A stretch of 64,000 nucleotides of DNA, from NCBI GenBank assembly GCA_963848295.1, contig CAWKDB010000010.1:1184001-1248000 (forward strand), read 5' to 3'. Numbering within the stretch: position 1 is the stretch's first letter; every line of letters starts with the position of its first letter. The DNA comes from an uncultured delta proteobacterium. GTDB taxonomy: Bacteria; Myxococcota_A; Polyangia; Haliangiales; Haliangiaceae. The notes under the pieces were generated by a model. That model worked only from the letters and a program-made list of their open reading frames with translations. It searched no databases and had not been told where the DNA came from. This document shows, piece by piece, positions 63,555 to 64,000 of this stretch. Both the position numbers and the translations under genes were made by a program.

Positions 63555-64000
63555 CTAGTTGTTAGGACGCTTCCCGTTGCCGTTCGTCGTCGGTGTCGGT
63601 GCGACGGGCCTGGTCGTGGGTGGCGTTGTCGTCGGCGGAGCGGCCGCCGTGATCTTGCCCGACTTGTCTTCAGCGGACGGCGTCGCAGCGATCGAGCTCG
63701 GATCGGGCGCGATGTCGATCCCGATCCGGCGCACGCCGAAGTGGGTGAGCACTTTTGCCTCGATCGCGTTGAACGTCTCGGGGTGGTCGATCATGAACTG
63801 CTTCGCGTTCTCGCGGCCCTGACCGATGCGTTCGCCGGCAAACGAGAACCACGCGCCGCTCTTGTCGATGATGTTCGCGTCGGACGCGAGGTCGACGAGA
63901 TCGCCTTCGCGCGAGATGCCGTGGCCGTACAGGATGTCGAACTCGACCTCCTTGAACGGCGGCGCCATCTTGTTCTTCACGACCTTGACGCGCGTGCGGT
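63555..64000 (-). CDS. recA: RecA, C-terminal part (5' end outside the window)
   Basis: [29 protein letters not shown]...[19 protein letters not shown]. Confidence 0.97.
   Translation of the reverse strand, partial: RTRVKVVKNKMAPPFKEVEFDILYGHGISREGDLVDLASDANIIDKSGAWFSFAGERIGQGRENAKQFMIDHPETFNAIEAKVLTHFGVRRIGIDIAPDPSSIAATPSAEDKSGKITAAAPPTTTPPTTRPVAPTPTTNGNGKRPNN

Overview
High-GC (~70% by eye) bacterial chromosomal segment, most likely a myxobacterium (Myxococcota). This is inferred from the TIGR04551-like barrels, Oar-like TonB receptor, Cys-rich lipoproteins and kinase-AAA fusion. Housekeeping and envelope genes: dapA-dapB, PBP1A, a GT51-only transglycosylase, nagZ, TrmH methyltransferase, ECF sigma/anti-sigma, a DUF4175-TPR peptidase-MoxR-DUF58-BatA operon, radA, a GcvT-family dehydrogenase and the 3' end of recA. 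Less routine signals: (1) a ~3.2 kb decayed integrative island (4908-8177) bounded by a synonymously recoded duplication of the 3' end of a small gene downstream of dapB, with a probable serine-recombinase relic; (2) three tandem lipoproteins with an invariant 35-Cys scaffold and mosaic loops; (3) a PBP1A / FG-GAP / orphan solute-binding protein / histidine kinase cluster; (4) two families of structured intergenic repeats; (5) widespread leaderless-type -10 boxes, including a symmetric bidirectional promoter. Three single-base frameshifts and one in-frame TAG may be assembly errors. No rRNA, tRNA or CRISPR array was recognised. All family calls come from motif recognition, not database searches.
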